In this document: positions 1-11,556 of the stretch, in pieces
Numbering within the stretch: the first letter of the stretch is position 1
Layout of the letters: every line of letters starts with the position of its first letter
Origin: Octopus sinensis
Taxonomy: Eukaryota
Length of the DNA stretch: 64,000 bases
Assembly (NCBI RefSeq): GCF_006345805.1
Contig: NC_043009.1
Coordinates: 35,030,001 to 35,094,000 of the forward strand
Direction of reading: 5' to 3'
The notes under the pieces: generated by a model
The model's input: only the letters and a program-made list of their open reading frames with translations
Databases searched by the model: none
What the model was told of the DNA's origin: nothing
Program-made: the position numbers and the translations under genes

Positions 1-146
1 AGCGGTTCGGCAAAAGAGACCGATAGAATAAGTACTGGGCTTACAAAGAATAAGTCCCGGGGTCGATTTGCTCGACTAAAGGCGGTGCTCCAGCATGGCC
101 GCAGTCAAATGACTGAAACAAGTAAAAGAGTAAAAGAGTAAAGAGA
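1..146 (+). mobile_element. 3' part of an octopus-type SINE
   Basis: Body ...ggcggtgctccagcatggccgcagtcaaatgactgaaacaagtaaaagag with a repeated gtaaaagag tail. The same body recurs near 21960, 25130, 27100, 46740 and 61570(-). Confidence 0.8.
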
Positions 147-2859
147 GTGAAATCAACTGAACAAAATTTTGTCATAGCTTTGCCATGTTTTCTAAAACTA
201 GAAGCACTTTTTGAAGAAGTCAGTTTCTACATTTCATATGGAAGAGTCTATCATGAGTAATTTTGATAAAATTTAAATTTTGAACCAGCATTACTCGAGA
301 TTTCGTACCCTTACTACTGAAAAGCAACTCTAGAAACAGATGACGGGACTGGGACTAAATTTACATAAGATCACATCCTACAATCTTTAAAATTGAATCC
401 CATAAGGGATAGTGTACTACTTGATTCATTGTCTGAAAATGTGGTGGGACGATCACGACAAGAATAAAATTGAACAGAATAATAGGCCTGTTTAGTTAAT
501 GCTAAGACAACTGAAGTATGTGTAAACTAGTTTAAAACTTAAATTATAGAGAAGACAATAAAACTGAAGATATCTACCGATTCATCTTACCAATGCATCT
601 GATTTGGAAACGTAAAACAATTAACTCTGTTATTTATATTACATTATATAAAATTGGATTTATAAACGATTTTTTTTTATATTGAAACTTTGATCATATT
701 ATATTACTCTCTTTTATACAGATTTCAGCCATTTGGTTGTGACTAGGCGAAGACAAGAAAATGGAGTCTTGTGCTGCCGAATTTGTGTACGGAAGTGATG
801 TAAGAAGAGAGGGACTGATTTAAATCTAGGACGAACACTTTGTTTGGAACTTACTACTTCCCCCTCAGGCTGTCTATTCTATATCATTCTCTTATCGTAT
901 CAGTTTCCTTGACTAATTAAGAAATTGGATCAATAATCCGATTTATCTCATATGACCGACACTAATTACGTATTTTGTCGAGGGTTTTAAAATATTTGAA
1001 TTCTTGCCAATTTATCGAATCTTCCGTGGCAGCTGTTTACTGATTCATAAACTCACAGTGGACATCTGCAAGTAACGTTATATCATCGACCTTACCAACA
1101 AGAGACTCGGATACGATATGATGCATAAATCTATGACTATCTCAAGCGAAAAGAATTTAATCAGTGACTTATCCATGAATATTTTAGGAAATTAAATGTT
1201 AGAACAGTTAACTTGTTTGGAGGCATTCGGGACAGATGTCAGGATATTCTATAAGTAAAACGAATGATATCGTTGTAATGATAGTTACGTCTCTTGAGAG
1301 AAAATATTATAATTGGCTCATATTCGCATTTCAAATCGCTTTAAAATTTATTAACATTTCAGCAGTGAAGTGTAGGAAATAGCATTTGACTTCTTGCACT
1401 TGGCTTCCTAACTTACAGGGTCAATTAAATAATTCTTGGTCAAACACCGAGTTTGACAGAACAAATTATAAGGTTTCCACCAAATGTAGTTTCATACCAG
1501 GTGAAGAGGAATGGAAAAAATGATAGGCTGCCGGAAACTACAAAGTACAAAATTATATACGTCGTAGAATATAACTGCATCTCGTAAGTTCCTCATCTGG
1601 CAGGATGAAATCCACTCACTCCATTCTGATACAGAATTTGTTATGCTTGGCCTATAATCGAAACAATCTACTGTACACTTCCCAAATCAGAAGTATATCA
1701 CACTAGACTGTATGCCATTTAAAAAGCATTTTGAATTTAAATCGCGCCGGAACTATGAAAAAATAAATAATCAATAAAATGATTTATAAATAAATTCTGA
1801 GAACTGACTACAACTGTAATAGTTTCAGCCACACCATTTATTCTCTTGGGAAATCTATAATCACGAAAATATTTTATTTCTCTCCATTATGAATGTGAGG
1901 ATTTAATCTTTTTTTATTTTTTTTATTATTTTACTTGTTTCAGTTATTTGACTGCGGCCGCACTGGATTGCTGCAATCAACAAATTTAATACTTATTTTT
2001 GTTTTCTTGTTATAGAATTTGTGGAATATCCCAAATGTTGCAATCCACAATGTGATATCAATCAATAGTTAAAACTGATAAGCACAAGGCATTTCTATTA
2101 GTGAGCAAACGATCAAATTAAGTCGACAACGCTATGATATTCTCAAATAAACTTCATTTTCTTTTCATTATTAATACACTTGACAAAAGCGTGAATATCA
2201 CGAATTCCATTTCATGCGTGTCCTGCTGTTTAATGACATTATTCCTTGACCACTACAATCAGTTTCACACACATTAAGTATAAGAGAAATTTCTCTTCCG
2301 CGACAGTTACTGCGGTGAAAGCATTCCCACGTTTGAGTGTGCACCAGCGTGTTAAATTTAACTGTACACATCTTTATTTTAATCGTTGCTGTTTGGTGTG
2401 ATTTTAATTAATTGGTATTTTGCTACTTAAATGTCGGTAATGCGATCGATGTAATCGACCAGCCCATTCCAAATTTCTGTCCTTGTGCTTATCATAAAAA
2501 AATTTCCAGTAGAGTGAAATAAGAAAAGGAAAAATCCAATTCACGTGATCTAATAAATGCACATCCTGCTATTTCTGGGAGGCGGGGTAATTTTGATATT
2601 GTTGATTTATTGGAGGCAGTGATGTTGGCATAACGACCATGATAATGTAGATATAAGTTATAAAATGATTTATATTTGAATGAGAAGACAAATACATGTA
2701 TTGCAAGTTTGCAAAAGTTGAAAAGTAAAAATGCATTTTAGGCACATTCCAAACTGCATTAGAAACAAAAGTGAAGAGATTTATTGTAGTGAAGAAAAAA
2801 AACAACAATTCTTTAGTTGAAAAGAGCAATAGCACAATGAGAAGTTTCATTTTGGTAGG

Positions 2860-3150
2860 TGAGACAAATCCATGAAACAACATAAACAGACCAAGTGTAA
2901 ATATAATACTGAAATAGCGACACATAAATGCAAGAACAGCTATTTCAACTAGATGAAAGGAACACAAAACTATGCAATTACATTTGGAAAATCAAATTAA
3001 CCAAATTTTGTCTGAACTGGGAAATACAATACTCATACAAACAGAATAAGATGCTTCTAAAAAATATCCGAAACAATCTGAAATGACAAACTGATAAATA
3101 CAGATATTTCAGGAAATTTCTTTCAAAAAAGTGGAAAAATACCCGATATA
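2860..3150 (+). mobile_element. Degenerate Penelope-like (Neptune-type) GIY-YIG endonuclease remnant
   Basis: One frame reads LVGET, then after a frame change TKLCNYIWKIKLTKFCLNWEI. This resembles TTLSNKIWELKENRIRFSLKW in the 57189 ORF. Confidence 0.5.
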
Positions 3151-3537
3151 CGAAGAGATTATAGTGAATGTACAACTACGCTGACACGTAATACGCTGGC
3201 ACATAAATTTGCTCTGCAGTCAACCTTACTGACTTACAAAGTTACATGTCTACAGGAGATAATTGAGCTGATGTTACATCATTTTATATCCTAGCAATTG
3301 TGCACATGCCTAACCGGAAGTAGTCATCGTATGAACTCAAAACGGAGAAATCCCCTATTCAGAAATTGCAGTATGGAAACTTCAATAGACATAAAAGTTA
3401 GTTGTAGATCAGTAATCATTTGCATTTATTATAAAATTATATATATATATATATATCAGGTCCAAAAATGAAGAAAAAAACTAGGTGAAAGAACCACAGA
3501 GTATATTAGATGGACGACCACGAAAAATGTAGGAAGT

Positions 3538-3573
3538 TTTTAATGTTTCGAGCCTACGCTCTTCTACAGAAAG
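3538..3573 (-). ncRNA. Degenerate minimal hammerhead ribozyme motif
   Basis: Minus strand: cttt-CTGTAGA-a-gagc gtag gctc-GAAAC-AT-T-aaaa. Stem III is mismatched. Same family as 63724-63759. Confidence 0.5.
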
Positions 3574-3622
3574 AATCGATGAGTAAAGAGAAACGATGGT
3601 GAAAAAGTCTGTAAGTTAAAAG

Positions 3623-3675
3623 GTCAAGGTATGCTGAAGGTCAAGGTATGCTGAAGGTCAAGGCAAGCTGAAACG
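3623..3675 (+). repeat. 17-bp tandem repeat (aaggtcaaggtatgctg) x~3
   Basis: Direct inspection. Confidence 0.85.
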
Positions 3676-5584
3676 AGCGAAAATAGGAAGAAGTTGACTT
3701 GAGGCGTGGTATATTGACGCCATAAGAATGTATAAGTGTTCCAAAAAACGAGAAATGATTCTTTTCTGAAATAATGGATCTCAAAGCATATAAAGCTATA
3801 AAATAATACCTTATATAGCATGTAAAACTAATAATAACATATAAGTATTGGGGTGAACAACCCTTTTGGATAAAAAAAGTCGAACCCTTCGAGTTTTTTT
3901 TTGGTATTTAGTAACTTATTTATTGTGTGATAGGAAAGCATTCAAAAGCGAAAAGTTAATGAATACAACTGGAAAGAACTATATAACTTTAATTACATAC
4001 TGGATTGTAGAAAGATTAAATTTTATGTGATTGAATGGAAAATGCATATCTTACTATAGAAGTAGTTTATGGAAAAGCTGGAAACAAGAAAAACATGAAA
4101 TTAGAGGTAAAATAATGTAAAAGAAGTGACTAATATAACGGTTATTGGTGTAATTAAATTTATATTGATTATTAAAATTTTCTCGATGCAGGAGGAAATT
4201 AATATTTATGGTAAAATTTAAGAGAATTTTTATAGAAATGCAAAATTGAAGTTATCGGTACCACCCAAGAATATCATCCTTACGTCGCTATCCTATAATA
4301 TTCCACTCCCCTTAAAACTTTTTGTCTCCAGTTTTCTGATATTCTAATTACATTAAACTCCAAACAAATCATTTTCTAAAAGTGTATCTAGTAAAATCAT
4401 AACTTGCATTTAATTTTCATTTCTACATTTTCACTAAATGAATCGACACATCTATTACTCACATATAAATGAATTATTCTTTTCTCTTATTGCTTTGAAA
4501 AATTTTCCAACGGGAATTTTAGGTAATTAACCTATTCAATTATAATGATAAATATATTAAGGTTTGATATACCTTAACTTGATAATTAATTAAGTTAAAG
4601 TATATATGTCTGGCGAACACAGACACACATGCATACCCAAGCGTTTTAATTTGTGTTATTTCTTCCATAATTTAATCATTATTCAGCAGAATCAGTAATG
4701 TGTCGAATAGATTGTTTCGTGGTATTCGTTCCGACTTTCTACAGTTTGAGTAACAGTAACAGCTACTGTGAAAATTAACAGCCACTCCTTAATACCAACA
4801 TTCTTGAATGAACAAAAGACAACTGCTACTGCTAAAACTGACACTGCTACTACTGCTGCTGCTACTACTACTACTACTACTACTACTCCATAAGTGAGGA
4901 AGATTAATTTAATTTCATTGTCTTTCAGCATGAATAGTTTCGCTCTCTTGTCCATAATAAAATTCTCAGATTTTCATTCTGATTAATAATCACACACACA
5001 CACACACACACACATCAAATACACGTGAGAGTGAATTTCAATATATTACGACAGGATTGAAATTTAGCTCACAATGCAGATAAGGGCAAGTGTCTTACAC
5101 TTTTGGAAAGATGTCACCTTTGCTTCGCCCGTCTCTTCCCTCAGGACAACTTCAGCTTCTGTAAACTTGAATAAACAAAATTACTCGTAAGCATCGCCGG
5201 CTTCAACTGAACTCTGAAGAGATCCGTGGCTGTTTCACCAATAGACTATCATTTCGAGTTTCAGCATGTTCACTTCTCATTTTTGCAATCATCACACTGA
5301 TTTTCTTTCACTGTTAGATTATTCAAAATCTCCATTAGAATGCTTTTGAAAAATTGGCATACCTTGACATTCATACATTCCATCTCATATGGGAGGAACG
5401 ACGGTCAGTCGATGGGGTATTGTATGGGCAATAAGCATAGTAGTGCTACCACAGTAATTATAAACTCTTACACTAGAAGGGTGATTAAAGAATTTTTTTA
5501 AAAATTGTAAAAACTTTTGTGAATATGTTAAAATCAAAGTAGTTGGTATTATTGTTCGAGTGTTACTGACACAATGGGATAATA

Positions 5585-5802
5585 ATCCTTTCCACAATAG
5601 GCACAAAGCCTGAAATGTTGGGGGGGGTCAGGGGACTAGTCAAATACATCGACTCAGTATTTCACTGGTACATAATTTATCCACCTCCAAAGGATGAACG
5701 GCAAAGACAACCTCCTCGGAATTTAAACTCAGAACGTGAAAACGGGCGAAATGCCGCTAAGCATTTTGCCCAGCATGCTAACGGGTCTTCCAACTCACCG
5801 CC
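5585..5802 (-). mobile_element. tRNA-derived SINE
   Basis: Reverse complement of the ggcggcgagctggcagaatcgttagc...ttctgagttcaaattccgccgagg head seen at 29019 and 43590. Confidence 0.75.
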
Positions 5803-5874
5803 TTACACGATAAGATAATAATGCTATTTGTCACCAGTAATATACATCATATTATTTATCAATGTTTATTTGTG

Positions 5875-5948
<74 letters not shown>

Positions 5949-6042
5949 TATATTGTAGGATACAAATAAGATGTTTATTTTCGAACGCGGAGACGACGTT
6001 AGAACAGCTGAAAAAAGTTGGGTAATTACTTTTACAAAGGGA

Positions 6043-6098
<56 letters not shown>

Positions 6099-6104
<6 letters not shown>

Positions 6105-6296
6105 TATATAGAAGGAGCTTCTACAGGACTAGAACTGTTTCATTCAAGAGAAATCTTCAGGAAGCTTCCTGAAGATTTCTCTTGAATGAAACAGTTCTAG
6201 TCCTGTAGAAGCTCCTTCTATATAATAAATTAATTTTACTCTGCTATGTATTGAGTACCTTATTTACTGTGGTTAACCCCGAATCAACCCGGGACC

Positions 6297-6299
<3 letters not shown>
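6099..6299 (+). mobile_element. PLE-type pseudo-LTR fragment forming a 132-bp perfect palindrome plus 3' tail, inserted in (TA)n
   Basis: 6099-6164 is the exact reverse complement of 6165-6230 (centre ggaag|cttcc). Each arm carries CTGAAGA...GAAAC. (TA)n lies on both sides. Confidence 0.7.
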
Positions 6300-6343
<44 letters not shown>

Positions 6344-6489
6344 GTATATATACATTGGCGAAAATAAATTTAAGACCGATGATAAAAGTTATATTGCTTA
6401 CAAAATATTTTGTTACTAACACCATGCAAATTATTTTTATCTTTTACACCTTATGCAGAATTTATTTCTCTTTCGAATGATGCAGACAG

Positions 6490-6611
<122 letters not shown>

Positions 6612-6641
6612 CATGTAGTTAAAAGATATGGCCGGTCAAAT

Positions 6642-6689
6642 ACTGACCATCGGTTTCACACCTATAAAGTATAGGCGACTCGTCAGAAT
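6642..6689 (-). ncRNA. Type I hammerhead ribozyme candidate
   Basis: Minus strand: att-CTGACGA-gt-cgcctata ctt tataggtg-t-GAA-ACC gat GGT-C-agt. Canonical core, 8-bp stem II, 3-bp stem III, GUC triplet, 3-bp stem I. Confidence 0.7.
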
Positions 6690-7036
6690 CAAATGGCTGA
6701 TATCAGAATTATTATTCTGCTTATCAGCATTTGTTTTCAAATGTTAGGCATTAAATAACAGTCTAAATATTTGACGTAATGAAATAACATAATGGGATTT
6801 ACAAGTACAACTTATATGACCGTAGTGTCGTCCACGAAGCCCCCTTTGTGCAATATTATTACACATATCATGTTTTATAGTCATATATATTTTATAATAC
6901 TCTGCAGCGTTATATTATACCATACCATGTCATATACAGTTTTACACCGCTGTATATATTTGACGTTTAATATTTATTCAATATAATGTCGTTCCATAAC
7001 CAATGAAATTCAAGCAAATATCTTTGGATTCAAAAT

Positions 7037-7340
7037 TATCAGGTCATTAAAAATTAAGTGTCTGATTTTCTTATGCACCAAGTTTGACAGTTGTTAACTC
7101 TAATGTTTTATCCTGACAATTCTTTGTTTTACATCATTGAAGAGTTACATCATTACTTTTATAAATACAATTCATGATATCTGATTATATTGTGTGTACT
7201 CTCTTGTAAATCCGTTTTTGTGAACCCATGGACACATTAAAATTTCGTGTTATTTTTATGAATATGCGTTCTGTTGTGGAACCAATGCATCTCAGACAGC
7301 TCGAAACATCAGTGAGGTGTTGGTGAAGATCTTGATATGT
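7037..7340 (+). mobile_element. Degenerate mariner 5' remnant
   Basis: TIR-like start tatcaggtc. Coding remnant YEYAFCCGTNASQTARNISEV resembles the mariner N-terminal HTH (YEFxxGxxAxxAARNI). Confidence 0.6.
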
Positions 7341-8469
7341 ATATTATGGTATAACAAATATACCTGTAAAATTTTCCCTGTATTAGATAGATACTTTCCA
7401 GCATCTAACGAATAGAGCCAGATTTTCATTTGACGCACATTGAAGTTTGCGCTTTCGACAGCTAGGAACTGACCCCAAATTACTGCAGCACACAATTTTA
7501 AGAGAATTAGAGAAATCACCTGTAGGTATCTAGTAAACTCAAATGATAAAACTAACATAAATAGCAATAATATTTGGTAATAATATTAATTGTTCGGATG
7601 TAGTCGAATATAATATAAATGATTCTAGTTGGAAAATAAACATCTTTTTTGCAAGCAGTAGTAGTGGAAACAATAGAGAACCTACGAAAGATAGTGCACG
7701 GGTGCTAACGTTGCCCAAATCACACTTATATTAATTAAATGAAACGAGTAAGGAATCCGGTAACAGAATTAATTTAATCTGTAGCGAAACTGATAGTATC
7801 CGTGGAGTGAGACTAAAGACGGAGTGCATAATTCTGAAAGCAAAGGGTTAACATTTATAAGCATTATTGTAATTGTAAGATGTCTAAAAAAAAAAATAGT
7901 TTATTGATATACTGTAACAGTTGATATTTCTAATTATTGCATAGCGTCATATTCTCCAACACATTTGTCGCGGTGGTACGTCTTCCAGCCGCCGAATCAT
8001 AGCTCACGGCATGGACTCGTTCTGGTTGGCTGTTCATTTTTTCCAAGTCTCTTCGCCTCTAAATGAGGAAAGAAAACAAACAAATTCACAAGCCCGCAGG
8101 GAAAATGGCAACGGTCTTCAACAAAATTCAGCAATAGGCATCAAGCCTTTGACAATCAGATAAAGAAGAGTACTCGACGAAATCATAAGGATTTAAACAA
8201 AAGCGATTAACGCCTGCTCTACTGCCAAAACGCTCAATTTCTTTATTGGCCACTGAGGGCCAAATACAGAGGGGACAGCACAAGGACAGACAACACAAAG
8301 TGGAGACATAAAACATAAACAAATTAATGAAATGAATTATAAAATTAATGAGGGTGGAATGGCTACTCGAACCTCACTCACGTGTAGTACCATTTAACCA
8401 TATTTTTCTTCAATGTTTATCGATTTTAAATTAAATTAAAACTTACATCGTTGGATCATGTATTGTTTC

Positions 8470-9470
8470 AAGTTCTTACATTCCATTGCAGGAGGTAGGA
8501 AGTCATACCTCACCTCAGCGGATCTATGCCATGGCCGAAAATTCTTTTTAGTTTTTTGTACCTGTCCACATGTATTAATATGCATTTTATGTCTGTTAGG
8601 TAGCACTCTACAGGCATTTTAACTCTTATTACTGATTTAATTTTGAAACCTTTCTCTCGATGGCATGCTCGTTACATAGGCCATCAAATATGCCCTATTT
8701 TTTTAAAACTGGCTTGAAAGGTTTGTGTGTCTGCTTGGGTGTCTTTATGTGTTTCTATTTATGTGTGTCTATCTGGTGAATCTGGGCATTTTAGGATGTT
8801 TGCGTTTTTTTACGGTGTTTGAGGAGGCTAGGTAAATTGTGTGAGTGTGTTTTCTATATTTGTTTTCTGTGTCCTGGGTGCATGTGTATTACTTGTTTCT
8901 TTCTTTTCCTTTTTGTTCAGGATTTTTTGGGGGACTTTTTTAGTTCTTTTCTCTTTCTGCTCCTCCTGGAACTCTTCATCCATGCTTCCCACACTTGTTG
9001 CTTCTATGGTTTCCTCTGTCCTCTCGACTCAGTTGCCTTTCTCGTTTTACTTCTACGCCACCAGTGCCTGATTGTTTAACAGGGAACGGCTCACCTTTGT
9101 GCGTCCCTTCCTTCTGCAGTGGTAGCAGATGGGAGGTCTCCCCTCCACCACTACTGTCAGCTTCACTTCTTCAGGCAGCTCAATTTCCTTCACTATTTCT
9201 TCTAAGTTCAGTGGCATGGCCTGGATTAAAACATCCAGGCCATAGCCCCATCAGTTCAGTTGCTTTGCCTGAGTTGCTTGTATTATTTTTGGGTCCTCTT
9301 TTGACCCCGTGAGTATTGCTGCCAGTAACCACATCTCAGCTATCTCGGGGGGTACCTTGCTAATCCTTACTCTCGCCACACATTTACCTAGATAGGTTGG
9401 CAAGAATGCCGATCCCTCCGTTCTCAATGTTGTGGTGGAACTGTAAAGTTTCAGTAAAACTTTCCAGAAA
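8470..9470 (-). mobile_element. Non-LTR retrotransposon ORF1 (gag-like) remnant plus start of an APE endonuclease
   Basis: Minus-strand reading VARVRISKVPPEI...VVVEGRPPICYHCRRKG (degenerate CCHC knuckle), then LLQWNVRT at 8471-8494 (APE N-terminal motif). Several stops. Confidence 0.65.
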
Positions 9471-9595
9471 TTTATCATTTAAATATATATGCGCCTGTCT
9501 TGATATGCAAATATATGCATGAAGATACATACGTAAAACAAGACATACAAATCTGTACATATACACATACATACATACATACATACATACATACA

Positions 9596-9623
<28 letters not shown>

Positions 9624-9627
<4 letters not shown>

Positions 9628-10026
9628 CAATAATGTGTAATGGTGTCTGTCGTGTGTGTGTTTGGAGTTACTCTAACTCCTCCCACACCGTCCAACCGAT
9701 TTTAATGATTTTTGGCAGATAGGTAGATCACATGCCCTGAAGATCAAATAAGTCTAGAATTTTTCGAAAACTCGATTAATGCCCAGCTGCGTCGGCTGCA
9801 AAATCTCCGTTCCGTCAACAAAACTCCGTCGCCTACTCTGACCATTTCCCCCCCCCCCCCCCCCCGCTTGCCACACATCTACTAATCCTGCAACACCGTG
9901 CCGAGCCAGATATAACATCTTAATGGGTAACAGCTGGCACGGGGAACGAAGAAAATTTCAATACAAGGTCAGAAGTGGGCTTAACTTCAACACTGAAAAC
10001 ACGAGCAACGCCGGGTCCACAGCTAG
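9624..10026 (+). mobile_element. Non-autonomous Helitron-like element, copy 1
   Basis: 5' gtctgtcgtgtgtgtg...aactcctcc...ccgattttaatg motif. 3' end gcaacgccgggtccacagCTAG|t is typical of Helitron termini. No TSD. Confidence 0.7.
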
Positions 10027-10077
10027 TACATACATACGTACATACATACATACTACATACATACATACATACATACA

Positions 10078-10105
<28 letters not shown>

Positions 10106-10109
<4 letters not shown>

Positions 10110-10500
10110 CAATAATGTGTAATGGTGTCTGTCGTGTGTGTGTTTGGAGTTACTCTAACTCCTCCCACACCGTCCAACCGATTTTAATGATTTTTGGCAG
10201 ATAGGTAGATCACATGCCCTGAAGATCAAATAAGTCTAGAATTTTTCGAAAACTCGATTAATGCCCAGCTGCGTCGGCTGCAAAATCTCCGTTCCGTCAA
10301 CAAAACTCCGTCGCCTACTCTGACCATCCCCCCCCCCCCGCTTGCCACACATCTACTAATCCTGCAACACCGTGCCGAGCCAGATATAACATCTTAATGG
10401 GTAACAGCTGGCACGGGGAACGAAGAAAATTTCAATACAAGGTCAGAAGTGGGCTTAACTTCAACACTGAAAACACGAGCAACGCCGGGTCCACAGCTAG
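10106..10500 (+). mobile_element. Non-autonomous Helitron-like element, copy 2 (head-to-tail)
   Basis: Essentially identical to 9624-10026 except around the poly-C run. The copies are separated by (TACA)n. Confidence 0.7.
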
Positions 10501-10569
10501 TACATACATACGTACATACATACATACATACATACATACATACATACATACTTACATACATACATAGGG

Positions 10570-10942
10570 ATGGATGGAAATATATCTTACAATGACACCT
10601 ATAACAAAACACGTGTCATTAAAGCATATTACAGCCGAATAAAGCACATTTGGATCTCAGACCTCTCTATATTCCATAAAACAGTAGCCTGCATTGTGTT
10701 TGCACTGCCAGTATTCACACCAACATTTGGGCTGCTTGATTGGACGCTTATTGAGATCCGAGCCATTGATGTTAAAACCCTAAAAATACTAAGAATCACA
10801 CATAATTTCCACATAAACAGTGACGTAGACCGCTACTACCTGAAACGAAAACAAGGCGACAGAGGCTTAACATTGATCCAAAATACTTTTGAATGTCGCA
10901 TCATATTCCTTCGGCAACATCTTTTAACCACCAAGTGTCTTT
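10570..10942 (+). mobile_element. Dong/R4-clade (RLE) non-LTR retrotransposon, RT C-terminal fragment
   Basis: ORF FALPVFTPTFGLLDWT...IDVKTLKIL...HINSDVDRYYLKRKQGDRGL matches the R4/Dong motif HPxSDVxRLYLPRxxGGRGL. Confidence 0.8.
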
Positions 10943-11337
10943 AAAAAAAAAGGGACAGATTAGATAATGTGATCCTAAGTATACTGTGCCCTAAGTTAGG
11001 GAAAAGGATGGAATGTCTGTGATTGTAGGAGGTCCCTGACTTACTCCTCTCAAGGCTGACCAGGGGCTAAGACAACAACAAACAATGCAGGCAGGTACGT
11101 GATTACAAAAGGTCTACATTTACTACTGAATAACCTGTAACTGGTTGTTTCCGGAGAAAGTTGCTCGTTTTTCTCGTAGTTTCTCATGCACCAGCACCAT
11201 GATTTTCAGATAGAACAAACCATATGCTTCGAGCCTGGAGATAGCTTGGATACACAAGGCTCATTATGAAAACCTACCCAGCCTCATAATAAGAGACTAT
11301 ATGTAGCTCTTATTTTAGTACAGTGTACGTTAAATTC

Positions 11338-11371
<34 letters not shown>

Positions 11372-11556
11372 TACACACACACATCTCAGACCTTCTAGAA
11401 GCAATTCTATAAACTTATGTTTATGCGCACGCGCTCACACACATATGCAAAACCCTGCACACTATCTACGCCAGCTTTTTACAACCTGGGGTGTCCGTAA
11501 CAATAGTGGTTTTAGGTGGCCTTACGAGAGTGAAATGTAACGAGGAGAGGAAAATA

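Noticed and set aside
722-1500. Plus-strand exon-like pair 722-799 (MESCAAEFVYGSD) and 1419-1500 (GQLNNSWSNTEFD...)
   Set aside because: Splice-like signals fit, but the peptide has no recognisable motif and such matches are common by chance in AT-rich DNA.
4692-4955. Hydrophobic, signal-peptide-like ORFs (also 62482-62724)
   Set aside because: The hydrophobicity comes from (GTA/GCA/GCT)n trinucleotide repeats, and there is no supporting exon structure.
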